Origin: Lama guanicoe
Taxonomy: Eukaryota
Direction of reading: 5' to 3'
Assembly (NCBI GenBank): GCA_013239625.1
Contig: MU056277.1
Span: 2,148,076-2,212,075, forward strand
DNA length: 64,000 nucleotides
Positions 1 through 11,579 of the stretch are shown here, one piece after another; the stretch's first letter is position 1, and every line of letters starts with the position of its first letter. The notes below the pieces were generated by a model, which saw nothing but the letters and a program-made list of their open reading frames with translations, searched no databases and was not told where the DNA came from. A program made the translations under genes and the position numbers.

Positions 1-324
1 GCGTTATGATGCACGAAGTGTGAGCTGAGCCCGGCAGAGTCTTTCTTTACAAAGTCAGTGTTGGTCCTGCGTTTATCCCTGAGGCACAGCCCAGCCATGT
101 GGAGCTGGTCTTTGTGAAAGAGGGACCAGGACGAGGGCAGCCCTGAGATGTGAACTTCCGGGCGGGGTGCGTCTGAGATGGGGGCTGACCCTGACTCAGG
201 GAGAGGCCAGGCTGGGCCCAGAGGCAGAGACGCGGGGTGGGGGCATCGGAGGGGCTGACTGGGAAGGGCGGAGACCTGCACAGACACGGGGGCACCCCGT
301 GATGCAGCCCGCATCCCGGTGCAG

Positions 325-417
325 ATGGAGGAATTCCAGGTCTACGAGAAGTACTGCCAGAACAAGCCGCGCTCCGAGAGCCTGTGGAGGCAGTGCGCCG
401 ACTGCCCGTTCTTCCAG
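325..417 (+). CDS. MCF2L: MCF2L exon (DH) [31 protein letters not shown]
   Basis: cag|ATG..CAG|gt, 93 nt. Confidence 0.95.
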
Positions 418-3400
418 GTGTGTTTCCTGCCCCTGAGCGCGGGCCTGCCTTTGCTGGTTGACTCCCTAACAAGGAACGGCGGGAACTGTCTAAACCCGAG
501 CTTGGTGGTTGCAGGAATGTCAGAGGAAGCTGGACCATAAGCTAAGCCTGGACTCCTACCTGCTGAAGCCCGTCCAGAGGATCACCAAGTACCAGCTGCT
601 GCTCAAGGTGAGACGCCGGAGCCCCCGGGGCCCCTCCCCCTCCAGCCTGGCCAGGTGCCCCCCGCAGCCCCCCTCCAGCTGGCCGCCCGCCCAGCACCAC
701 CCAGTGGCAGCTGCCCCAGCCAGTCCCTGAGCTCCGCGATGTCTGCGAGGCCCTGGCTCTTCACACTCCTTTGTGGGGTGTCACCGTTAGGGGCCAGGAA
801 CACAGCGGGACACAGGCAGGCCGGCCCTGCCCCACGAGCACATGCAGGGCCGCCTGCGTCCCACTGCCCTAGGGGCCCAGCGTGGGCAGCTCCCCAAGGC
901 CCAAGTGAGAATGGGGTGTCGTGTCTGGAGGGAAGGAGTAATGGATCGGAACTAGGAGGTGGGTGCTCGTCCAGACCAGGTGCTGCAAGGGGACAGCGGA
1001 GGTCAGCCAATGACCTGCTCAGGGGACATTCACGATTTGCAGCCTCCACGCAGGCTGCTGGGAAGGGTGTGGGGCCGCAGGGATGGAGAGGGCGGCTTCC
1101 TGAGCTGCTCCAAGGCGAGGCCAGTGGGCCAGGCAGGCCCCCCATTTGGGGAGCATGTGTGTGGTCCCATCCCTGGCGGTGACAGCTGCACAGGGAACCA
1201 CACACATGTCCCAAGGATCCGGGCTCGGGGCCACTCAGGGCTGTGCTTGTAAGACAGAGCACGGGCCACTCATGGAGCGGTGGGGCTCAGTGTCCAGATG
1301 GGCTGTTGAACCTCCCGCAGGAAATGCTGAAATACAGCAAGAACTGCGAGGGGGCCGAGGACCTGCAGGAGGCGCTGAGCTCCATCCTGGGCATCCTCAA
1401 GGCGGTGAACGACTCCATGCACTTGATCGCCATCACTGGCTACGAGGTGAGGGCCAGCGGCGCCCATGAGCCTGGGCATGCCGTCTGAGCAGGGTGGGCG
1501 GAGGCCACCCCGTCACCGGTGCAGGCTGTGCACCCGCACCACCCAGAATCCCACCGCCACCTGACTCTGACTGCCCAGCCGGCTGCAGGCAGCTTCCCCC
1601 CGGTGGGTGCGTCCCTGCACGGACAGCCCTGAGGACCCTGCATTCCTGGCCTGTCCCTGAATCCGTTCTCTCTGGCGCCGCTTGTGAGCGTGGAAGTCGG
1701 GTTTCTCCCTCATCCTGTGCGTGCCCACGTCAGGCGCACGCATGGGGCCTTTCTGAGTCCACCCAGCGTGCGTCCTCAGTTTGTTTGGTCTTTCTGTCAG
1801 TGGGCATTGTTTCTGGAGCCGTTTTAGGTTCACAGCAGAACTGAGGCGAAAGTACAGGGCTTTCCCGTTGACCGCCGCTCCCACACGCACAGCTGGCCCC
1901 ACGGCCCCTGCCCCACACGCGCCGGGCCTCGGCCACCGTCCACAACACGGCATGAAGGGTCCACAGCGCACGCAGGGTCACTCTGCATTGTGTGTTCTGT
2001 GGGCCTGGACAGACGGATGACGCGTGTCCACCACTGCAGTGACAGAGCCTTTCGCTGCCCTGAACACCGCAGTTCCCGCTCCTCCCCCAGGGCCCCCAGG
2101 ACCCCCAGCCATAGATGGCCTTCTTCCGCGTGTGGGGTCGTGGCCCTCCCACACGGCTCCGCGCGGCAGCACGAGGGCTCACGCCCTCCTTTGCCGCGCC
2201 CAGGGGAACCTGAGCGACCTGGGGAAGCTGCTGATGCAGGGCTCCTTCAGCGTCTGGACCGACCACAAGAAGGGCCACGCCAAGGTGAAGGACCTGGCCA
2301 GGTTCAAGCCCATGCAGCGCCACCTGTTCCTGCATGAGAAGGCCGTGCTGTTCTGCAAGAGGCGGGAGGAGAGCGGGGAGGGCTACGAGAAGGCCCCGTC
2401 CTACAGCTACAAGCAGTCCCTGAACGTGAGTCCGCGCGCCGCCCAGCGCCCCGCCGTACCCTTGGGGGCGGGGCCTGGGACCCCCGGCGTCCTTAGCCCC
2501 CACCCCAAGCCATGGCACGGTGCCTTCTGGAGCGGGCAGTGCCCTCGCCACGCGCCCACGCCCTCCCCCACGCTGCCCTCCCAGATGACAGCCGTTGGCA
2601 TCACGGAGAATGTGAAAGGGGACACGCGGAAGTTTGAGATCTGGTACAACGCCCGGGAGGAGGTTTACATCGTACAGGTAGGCCCGGCGCGTGGGGCCGT
2701 CTCCCGGGTGAGCCCGCAAAGTGTGTCCTCGGGGGACAGGAGCACTCACCTCCCGGCATTGCCTCTGGGGCACAGGCACCGACTCCCGAAATCAAGGCCG
2801 CGTGGGTGAGCGAGATCCGCAAGGTGCTGACCAGCCAGCTGCAGGCGTGTCGAGGTGCGGTTTCCTCCCGGTGCCTTCTGTCCTGTTGCCCTAGGGGCCC
2901 TTTCCATGCGTTCAAAGCAGCCTCAAAATTCTTACCCTCTGAGACACCGCAGCAACTGGAGCAGAAGGAGCTCCATTTGCTTTGAGTTCCTGAGCCGCGC
3001 TGGGCTTCTGTCCCCGCAGAGGCCAGCCAGCACAGAGCCCTGGAGCAGTCCCATAGCCTGCCGCTGCCTGCGCCTGCCAACACCAGGTGAGGACCTGGCC
3101 ACCACCGCGTTGGGGGGTCACCGTGGGAATTAGCTCGGGCCACCGAGTCCACATGGCCCCGTCACCAGAGTCCCCTGGTCATCAGGATCACTCTGAGTTT
3201 GCCCAGAGGCCCCTGCGTGCATCCCTGGACCTACATGCTGGTGGCCAGTCCCAGCAGGTCAGCTTCAAGGCCTGTGTGCCTGGTCCCTGTCCCAGGTGGA
3301 GAGCGGCCCCCACATCTCTGGTGGCTTCCGTCTGTGGTGCAGTTCCTGCTGTGACCGCGTGTGCGTGTGGCTGTCCTGAAAGCGGTCGAGCACCAGCATC

Positions 3401-6400
3401 TCAGTGCTGGTCGCGCCCCCAGCAGACAGGGGCCCTGGGGTGCAAGGAGCCAGAGCTGCTCCCAAGGCACCCAGCTCGCAGACGCGGGGGCGAGTCTCAC
3501 ATCGGCATCGTTGCACCTTTTCTGCTCTTGTTTTTCCTTTGTTATTTCATTCATTCACTTGCTTTTTACCTTTTCCTCACATGTGCTGCCTCTAGTCATT
3601 CATGGAACAGGATACAGTCTGAATAAATAAACCGCAAAGCAACAGGTTTAAAGGAAGAAGGACAGGGAGGGAGGAGAGGGGCCCACAAAGCCGCCTCCCA
3701 CATAGCAGCTCGGAAGGCGGGTTTTGCTCTCACCTGGCTCCGCTGCTCAATCTGGACGCACGTGGCCGTGGCAGCTGTGCAGCGGGAGACGCGCGGCCGT
3801 CGGGCCTGGGGAGGAGCTCGGGGGTCTCCACCCCTCATCCTCGGAGCTTTGACAACTAATTGGGCGACACTCTCTTTCTTTCTTGACGTGTCCGATGTCC
3901 TCAGCCCCTTGAAAGGGAACACGAGAAACATCAAAAAGTTGGAAGAAAGGAAAACAGACCCGCTCAGCCTGGAGGGATATGTGAGCTCCACGTCGTTGCC
4001 GAGGCCCCCGGACAAGGGCAGAGGTGGGTGTTGGGGCCGGGCCGCCCGTGCCGGGACGCGCAGCCTCCTGCCGCTCGGCGAGGCTGGCGGAGTGCGGGTC
4101 CCAGCCGCCCAAGAGGAGCGCGGAGGCCGTGCCCGCAGAGCCGCCCTGCACTGTCCCTCTCTTCCTCTAGACGGCGCGGTCACCAGCTCTGCGTCAGAAA
4201 GCGCTGCGCTGGCGAGAAAGCGCTTCCCCCTGCAGGGCTTCACTGCCCTGAAAGGGCAGAAAGGTAAAGGCAGGGCCGGCGCTGCGCCTGCCCCGCCCCA
4301 GCCTGTCTGTCATCCATTTGTGCCGTGGTCGTTCGTGTGGACATCTCGGGGCCGTCCGCCTCCGCCATTGCCACGGAAGCATTTCCCATTGACTCACCCT
4401 TTTCCATTCGCCGCTGTGTCTGTTACACGTGCAGCCAGAGCTCTTTTCTGGGCTGTTTCTTTGGCAAAGTGGAGGCGAGCTCTTCCACCGAAGGCCTGCC
4501 CAGAAACTGGAGGAGACTGAAGTTGTCTCTTGCTTTTTCGGTCCAACTCCTCCCCACGCCCTCCCTCTCTGGCTTTTTCCTGCCGGCCCATGGCCGTTAC
4601 CGTCCCTGCCATAGCGCTAAGTGCCAGCCCCGCCCCTGGCGTTTCAGGCCCGCCGCCCCGACTGCCCCGCCGTGCTCCTGGGCGGCGAGTGTGCAGGGGA
4701 GACACGGCGCAGCCGCGCACGAGGCGAGACCTGACGCCCAGGCGACTGTGAGAGGGCTCCCGCGAGTACTGGACGCGCGTCCCGCCTAGGGTCCTTCTCA
4801 CTGGTCCAAAAACTTGGAGTTTTTTTTTTCCAACTTATAAAATACAATACNNNNNNNNNNNNNNNNAAAAAAAAAAAAAAAAAAAAGACAAGTGCAGGTG
4901 CCACACCCCTGGCCGGGTGTGGAGAGTCACGTGCATGCTCCACGAAGAGCCCGGCAAGCACACCTGAAAGACGCACCCGGGCCAGCGTGAGCCCTGCAGC
5001 TCCTCACGCTCTCCTGGGCCCTCCTGCCCCCTCTGGGCCCCTGGCGGCTTCGTTTGCTCCCCAGAAGCTGCTTCTTGCGTCAGTGACAGCGAGCCTGCTC
5101 GCCCCGTGTCCATCCCAGCGTGAACTCGGTGTTTTCGCGCCTCGCGGGTGGTCTGCGTGCTCCTCACTCTCCTGTTGTTTCTGCCTCTGCCTCCTCCTGC
5201 AGCTTCTCCTCCCAGTCCCGACAAAAAAGCTAAGCGGCACCAAGTAAAGAGCGACCCAACGCCTTTTGGTTCACGAGGTAGAGTGGCCCAGCCCGACGTC
5301 CACCTCCCCGTCCGGTTAGGGACACTGTCTTGCTGTCACATGTCATCTGAGATCACAACGAAGTAGGTCTCTCCGAGCCAGGGGCAAATGCTCTTTGCAC
5401 TGATGCTCTGGTGACCGATGCCATGATGACATCACTCCTCTGACCGGCTCTGCCCAGAGCCTGCAGAACAAGGCTCTGACACCTGGCTGGTGCTTGGCCA
5501 CGTAGGCTTCAGGGCTCCCCGTCCCTGGCCATCCTGCTTCACCATTTGTCCCGAAGCTTCTGTGGAAACACAGAATGCGGCAGCCGACAGGTCCCATCCC
5601 ATCTGTCGTTTCCTGAGAGACCCCAGCGGTACAGGCAGATGGGGTCAGGCTCTCCTACTGGACCTCGGGCCTTCACCTCTCTTGCCACTCATGGTCTGAG
5701 GGCAATGACCCCCCCCCCCGGCCCAGACTGAGGGTCTGAAAATCACAGAGAGAATTTCACTCTGAACCTTCCTGAGTTCCCCAAACAACATGAAGGTTCC
5801 CAAGGGGTACAGGCTGAACCAAATCCCCACACGCACACCTGGAGGCCACCCAGAGGTCACCGTAGCCACCCTGGCCTCAGTCTGCACTCCGGGGACCCAG
5901 GCTGCACCCTCTCGCGACCCCAGGTGGGAGAGCTCAGAGGCCGGGGCTGCGACCGCCTCCTCCAGCCCTGCCCTCCACCCTGCGGAGGCCCCCAAGCTGC
6001 GGGGAAGGGTCCCTGCCCCTTGGTGGTCTCCTGGGAGGGGCTGGCTTTGGTCATCTGGGCACTGCTCTGCTGACTCCTTGTGTAGGAAGCTGCCCAGGGC
6101 CACGCGGCTCAGACACTGCTTCTGACGCCGTTGAGCCCGGTGGCGTCACCTCTGCCTGCTCCTCTCCTCACCTGCGGCGGCCTCGCAGTGAAGAGTGTCA
6201 GCCCTGAGCCCGGGCTCGGTGCCAGGCCTCCCCTCCTGCTCCGTCACTCCTGGCCACAGCGGTGACAGGGAGCTACAGGCCTTGCTGGCTGGTGCCAAGT
6301 GCTTGCTTCCTGGACAGCCTCTTCAGGACTGACGTTCATGCCTGCTCTACAGGAAACAGACCAAATTCAGGGTCACCGTGGCCTCACGTCCTCTCGCAGC

Positions 6401-9400
6401 ACCCCCAGCACCCGGCGTGATCCAGAGTGCTTGTCGTGCTTCCAAACGTTTCGTTGTCTTGTTCCACGCTCAGTGCCCGGGCGGTGGGTCGCAGCGTTTC
6501 CCTTCACTCTGGTGTCGCTCTGCCGATGCAGGGATACTCAGTCCATCCTGGGTGGTTCATTCAGAAGCCCCGGCCGACGGGCGTGACCGCAGGCCCAGAC
6601 GCTGCTGTGCAGCTGGAAGGCCTGCTCTCCGCAGGTGCCAGAGGGCGGAGCTGTCTGTCTGTGGGTTCAGGTTCGCAGACCCGGCGACCACGCAGCTCTG
6701 CCTCTCTGCCCAGGGGACAGCCTTCACCTTTCTGTCCTCACTGTCCTCCTTCAGCCCTACGTTCTTTGTGGCCAGAAGCCCCGTCCATCAGTGTGGGCTG
6801 GAGGGGTAGGCGTGTATGGCCAGCTGCCCAGCGTCGGGACTCCTGGTGACCCCCACCAGTGTCCATCTGCACTTCCCATGCTGGCCGCTGCCCATGTGCC
6901 CGAAGCAGGAGAGGTGGGTGATTTGTGGCTGGAAGCCTGCAGTCCCTGCTTCCTGCACAGACACCACCCCTCCCTGGGCGCTGGGCCTGGAGCAGGGGCT
7001 CGTGGGGGCTTTGGGGGAGCCTGCGGGGCTGCTGGCCTCTGCCGGCCTCTGCTGGCCTCTGCGGTGATGCGGACAGGGGCTCAGGGCTCTGTGGGCTCAG
7101 AGGGAACCTGGTCCCAGCTCCCTTTCCTGTGAAGACAGAGACGTCTTCCTGATGCCCCTCCCACACAGGCTTTTCAGAATGGTCGGCCTCGGGAGCTGGC
7201 CTGCTGGACATCTGCCCCTTTGCGCCCCGACTGTGCTTGTCTGCTGTGGTTCCCTCACACCCTCAGGGAAAAGCGTGCCTCCAGCCACTCCAAGTGTCAC
7301 TCATAACTGGGTGTGAGGGTCTGCTGACTCCCGAGTCCACTCGCTCGCCTCTGGTCGAAGTGCCACTTGACCCCAAGTGGTGGCCGGGACCCAGCACCCC
7401 AGGCGTGTGTCTCTGGCCTCTTACTTCCTTACTGGCCTCTGCTGTGTTCGCCCAGAATTGGGGGCTCGCCGTCTCCCACCTCCCCATGGTGTGCCTGCAG
7501 CCGCCTCTTGGGGATCAGGGCAGTAGACACACTAGTGCAGGGACGTTGCATGTCTCCTGAAGCCTAGACGAAGCCCTTCCCTGGTCCGCTGGCCCAGCAG
7601 AGGTGGCTGGCGCTCGTGCAGGCTGCCTCCAGGGCCAGGCACCCTGGGCTGGCCTCCCAGCCTCACCCTGCGGCCCAAGGAAGCTCAGATGTGTGACTGG
7701 CATCAGGGCTGTCCCTACCTAGCCCATCGAAGGCCAGGATTGGGCTGGCCAGGAGCCCTCAGCAAGTCCTGTGTCATGTCGTGTAAGGAACTGTCCTCCG
7801 GCCCAGCCAGTGGCTGCTGAGCATTGCAGGTGTTGATTGAAAACGCCTTGCTCTCTTGGTTTGCCCAACACAGATGGGTGTTGGAGGCCCTCAGGCCCCC
7901 TGGGACCAGCAGACAGGGGCCTGGTGGGAGTTCTCCCCCAGGAAGCAGCAGAGCCCACAGGTCACGCGTACACTGTCCAGAGAGGGCTGGGCTTCGTCTC
8001 TGGTGATGGAGGCAGGTGCTCTGGCCTGGCCCCTAGGCAGTTTGCACAGCTGAAGCTGAAGTCTGCAGGTGTCCTGCGAGTCCCTCCACACCACTTCCCC
8101 CAGCGGCACGTTGTGGGTGGCAGGGACTTCCATACGCCACCCTCGACCTTGAGGCTCAACCTTCAGGGGGTCCTCACGGAGCCTGTTCCTCGCTAGGCTG
8201 GAGCAGAACGTCTCACCCGTCAGAGGCCCCTGAGGACAACAACGGCTGGTCCAGCGCGGAGGAGCCCATTAACTCCTCGGATGCGGAGGAAGAAGGCGGA
8301 GTGGGCCTCCGGAAGCTGGTAACCTTGCCTCCCACTGGCCGTCAGTGGCACTGCTGGGCCCAGGGCAGGGGGCAGGGGTGTCCAGAGCTGCACCGTGGGG
8401 CCATGGCACCCAGGGCCGCCGGGAGGGACTTCAGGTGCCGGGCCCCGGTGGCTGTCCCATTAGCACCATCGGACCACCTCACGGCAGGAGCAGAGCACAC
8501 CTCTGATTGGCCCTTCAGATGAGCTTTCTTAAAGCCGTGTGTGCACCTTGATCTCACTTTTAGGGGAACTGCTCTGTCTGAGGCGTGGATTTGCACTCTC
8601 AACCAAGTCCTATTTTAGCACGAGCAGCAGAGAGAAGCTATTTACCTGTTAAGTCACCAGAGTCAGGGTTGTACCAACAGTTACTTGCTGCCCACTGGGT
8701 GCAGCCCTGGTTCACACCTGGTATGTCACAGCAAACAAAGCACCCAGAGGTGGAAGGGCAGACACAGGGAAGGGGAGCAACAGTCTCAGGTGGCCATGGT
8801 GGCCTTTGCCGAGGAGGACCGGCAGCGAGAAGAGCTGGCCAGGGCACTGGGGTGGGGGGGTTGGTACTCAGCAGGGGAAACCTAGGCTGGCGGGCAGGAA
8901 GGCCAGGCAGGCCCTGGTGGGTTTGTGTTCTGCTCTCGGTGTAGTTCGGGGCCAGCTGGGGCCAGTGCAGGGCATCGAGAGAAGGTGCGGCCACTCTGTG
9001 AAGCCAATGGACGCTGGCCTGGCTCTCTGGCTCCAGGAGCACCCAGGCATGTGTCCACACTGCACCCCAGCTCCATCCACAACACGTGGGGCACCTGCTG
9101 TGTGAGGCACTGAGTGGCCTTTAAGACAGAACAGAAGACAAAGTGAACAAGACTCTTCCCTCACATAAGGCAAAAAACTTGAAAAGGGCAGAACATGCTG
9201 GGTGAGGACAGAGGCCAAGGAGGGAGGAGTGATCCAGGAAGAGGGAAGAGTGTGCCAAGGCCCTGGGGCTGTTTGGAGCTTCTGGAGTGCAGGAGCCGCA
9301 TGTTGTGGGGACACAGGCAGGCTGGTCAGGTTCTTAGTGTGGTCACCACGTGAGACCTGGCACTTCCTGGACTAGGAGACCTTCCCAATGTAAGCTGATA

Positions 9401-10100
9401 GTCGCACCGAAGCCCCTCAAATGGCAGGGTGCTCGTCGTCGTCCCGTCTGTCTGGACGCTGCGGGGCGGGCTGGCAGGGGCTGTGTGCCAGGCGCTGTGC
9501 CGTCCCCTCCCCAGGTCCCCGGGAAGTACACCGTCACGGGGCCGGACGAGAAGGGGGGCCCCAACGCGCTGGCCGTGAGAAGCGGGGACGAAGTGGAGTT
9601 GGTGCAGGAGGGCGACGAGGGCCTCTGGTAAGACCACCCCGCAACGCGCGCGGCCCCGCCCCGCAGCTCGCGGACACAGCCTGACCTGCGCCCTTGCAGG
9701 TATGTGCGGAACCTGACCTCCGGCGCCGAGGGCTGGGTGCCGGCCCGCGGCCTGTCCTCGCTCCTCGACCGGCCCGGCTCCGCCCCGAGCCTGAGCAGCC
9801 CAGGTAAGCCCCGCGGCGGGCGCCCGGCCGGCTCGGCCGGAGCGGGTGTGCGGCGGGGCGGGGCGGGGCGGGGCGGGGCGAGGGAGGAGGGGCTTCGCGC
9901 GCGAGGGGGCGGCGCGCCCTGGACCGGGCCGGGGGCCGGGGCCGCGCCGCGCCGCAGCCGCTCTCGCCTGCTTCTCCGCAGAGTCCAGCGCGGGGTCCGG
10001 CCTGCTGAGCGCCTCGTCCAGCTGCAGCGAGAGCTGCGGGGCCCCCCTGCCGGAGCTGCAGGGGGAGCGCCCGCGGCCACAGCAGCCCGCGGACCTCTGA
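325..10100 (+). CDS. MCF2L: MCF2L (Dbs/Ost RhoGEF), 3' part: end of DH domain, PH domain, SH3 domain; 5' exons lie outside the window
   Basis: 14 GT-AG exons splice in frame: [59 protein letters not shown]3 [30 protein letters not shown]; position upstream of F7 matches mammalian synteny. Confidence 0.97.
515..607 (+). CDS. MCF2L: MCF2L exon (DH) [31 protein letters not shown]
   Basis: cag|GAA..AAG|gtgag, 93 nt. Confidence 0.95.
1321..1446 (+). CDS. MCF2L: MCF2L exon (DH end) [25 protein letters not shown]
   Basis: cag|GAA..GAG|gtgag, 126 nt. Confidence 0.95.
2204..2425 (+). CDS. MCF2L: MCF2L exon (PH) [23 protein letters not shown]
   Basis: cag|GGG..AAC|gtgag, 222 nt. Confidence 0.95.
2585..2677 (+). 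CDS. MCF2L: MCF2L exon (PH) [31 protein letters not shown]
   Basis: cag|ATG..CAG|gtagg, 93 nt. Confidence 0.95.
2776..2854 (+). CDS. MCF2L: MCF2L exon (PH end) [26 protein letters not shown]
   Basis: cag|GCA..CGA G|gtgcg, 79 nt. Confidence 0.93.
3020..3086 (+). CDS. MCF2L: MCF2L exon [22 protein letters not shown]
   Basis: cag|AG..AG|gtgag, 67 nt, phase-compatible with neighbours. Confidence 0.88.
3905..4023 (+). CDS. MCF2L: MCF2L exon [39 protein letters not shown]
   Basis: cag|C..AGA G|gtggg, 119 nt. Confidence 0.88.
4171..4263 (+). CDS. MCF2L: MCF2L symmetric cassette exon [31 protein letters not shown]
   Basis: polypyrimidine tract, tag|AC..AAA G|gtaaa, 93 nt, phase 1-1; resembles a recalled alternative MCF2L exon. 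Confidence 0.78.
5203..5277 (+). CDS. MCF2L: MCF2L symmetric cassette exon [25 protein letters not shown]
   Basis: long polypyrimidine tract, cag|CT..CGA G|gtaga, 75 nt, phase 1-1. Confidence 0.8.
8197..8318 (+). CDS. MCF2L: MCF2L exon [41 protein letters not shown]
   Basis: tag|GC..CTG|gtaac, 122 nt; not in the ORF track in this frame. Confidence 0.9.
9515..9627 (+). CDS. MCF2L: MCF2L exon (SH3 first half) [37 protein letters not shown]
   Basis: cag|GTC..TG|gtaag, 113 nt. Confidence 0.92.
9700..9803 (+). CDS. MCF2L: MCF2L exon (SH3 second half) [35 protein letters not shown]
   Basis: cag|G TAT..CCA G|gtaag, 104 nt, after a 72-nt intron. Confidence 0.92.
9982..10100 (+). CDS. MCF2L: MCF2L last coding exon [39 protein letters not shown]
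   Basis: cag|AG TCC, TGA at 10098-10100. Confidence 0.85.
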
Positions 10101-11512
10101 GTTTCCCTTTGCTTGGGCGTAGTTTGGCGAGGGACGCCCGGAGCCGCCCCCGGAACCGGCGTGCCGCCCCGGCGCCCAGACCGAGGGTTCGGGAAGAGCG
10201 CGCCCTCCCGCCTCCGCGCAGGACCCCTCCCCGGGGCGCAGGAAGCGCGCGGCCCCCGGGCTTGCCCGGAGCCGGCCGGCGCGGACAGCCGCCCCGCTGG
10301 GGCCCCTGACGTTCTGGTCTGGTGCTGTGTGCAGGAACGCGCGTTCTGCAGAACTGCTTCCAAAAGGAGTGACCGACTCGCTGACCCGACAGCTTGGGGG
10401 CGGGGGCTAGTGTGTCTTTCTCAAGTTTTTTTAAGCAGGGATTAATTCTAGGGCCATTAATTTACTTTGGCCTCTAATCTTTACCAAGAATCACTGTGTT
10501 TACATGAAGTGACAATTTGATACTGTATTTGATACAAAACTATGTTTTGTTACTGGGGTTTACACTGCGCTGAGCGACGTGCGCAGTCTTGGACACTGGC
10601 GGCTCTCCGCGAGGCCCACCGGGTCACAGGTGGATGCAGGGCCTCCCGCCACGGGATCAGGAAGCGGTCCTGCAGACACAAGCAGACACCAGGGGCTCCT
10701 TCACCGTCACCTGCAATTCGCTCTCAAAAGAGAATTTAAACTGTAATTTAAAACACTAACCACCTTTTCTACAGAAAAAAATGGGGGACTCGATTTTTTA
10801 ACGCGCTTCACTGAATTAGGCTGTTTTTATTGTTTTTAAAAAAATGTAAAGATGCAGCTTTTGCAGGTGTCACCCAGCCCAGGGAGCGTCTGAGCTCCGG
10901 AGCCCCCGCTCCCCTGGCTCCCCGCCGCCCCACGTCTCAGAACTGCCCTCCTGTGCTGTAGAGAACCGCCCAGCACAGGAGCAGTTTATTTTATTCAAAT
11001 CGAGGCAAACTGGAAAGAAACTGTCTTACTGTTTTTGTGTTTCAGAAACGAATTCTGTTCTTTGGAGGCCCTTCTTTCTGTGCTGGCCGGGGCAGGGTTT
11101 TATATGTGTGTATATACATCGAAGTCTGTACATATGTCCCCGCTGTAAGGGGGGGTATTTATAGCCTCCGTGCTGCTGGCAATGTGTCACTTTACAGCCC
11201 CCGCCCCAGCCCCAGCCGCGTCTGCGTGCAGGGCCAGCCCTCTCTGAGTTGCAGGAAGTAGCCAGCACGCTCAGCAGCTTTCCTCCCACGTGTAAGTTAT
11301 CTGAGAAACGACGTGTCACATAACTTAATATATTGGTGGTTCAGACACCGTTCCCGACGTCTCAGCCTGGATTCACCCCCATTTTTGTGGTCTCTTCCTC
11401 ATAAAGGCACTTTAAAACCTCGTATTTTCAGTCACTGTTCCTTTTTTTTTTTCACCTGCTGATGTAAATGAAATTTTAAAATCACCGTTCTTCACTGTAT
11501 CAATGGAGTCTG

Positions 11513-11518
11513 AATAAA
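11513..11518 (+). terminator. MCF2L: MCF2L polyadenylation signal AATAAA
   Basis: AATAAA at the end of an AT-rich 3'UTR-like block, just before an L1 remnant. Confidence 0.65.
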
Positions 11519-11579
11519 TGTCGGCGGCTCTTGCTGCTGGCCTTCAGCTGTAAAAGCACAGAGTTCAATTTTTAGATGA

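Larger units (their letters stand above)
9480..10330. promoter_or_regulatory. CpG island over the last MCF2L exons, includes (GGGGC)5 at 9855-9879
   Basis: very high GC and CpG density by inspection. Confidence 0.75.

Noticed and set aside
4851-4886. Poly(A) run as a retroposon tail or transcript end
   Set aside because: Abuts an N gap, with no recognisable element body or TSD; cannot be evaluated
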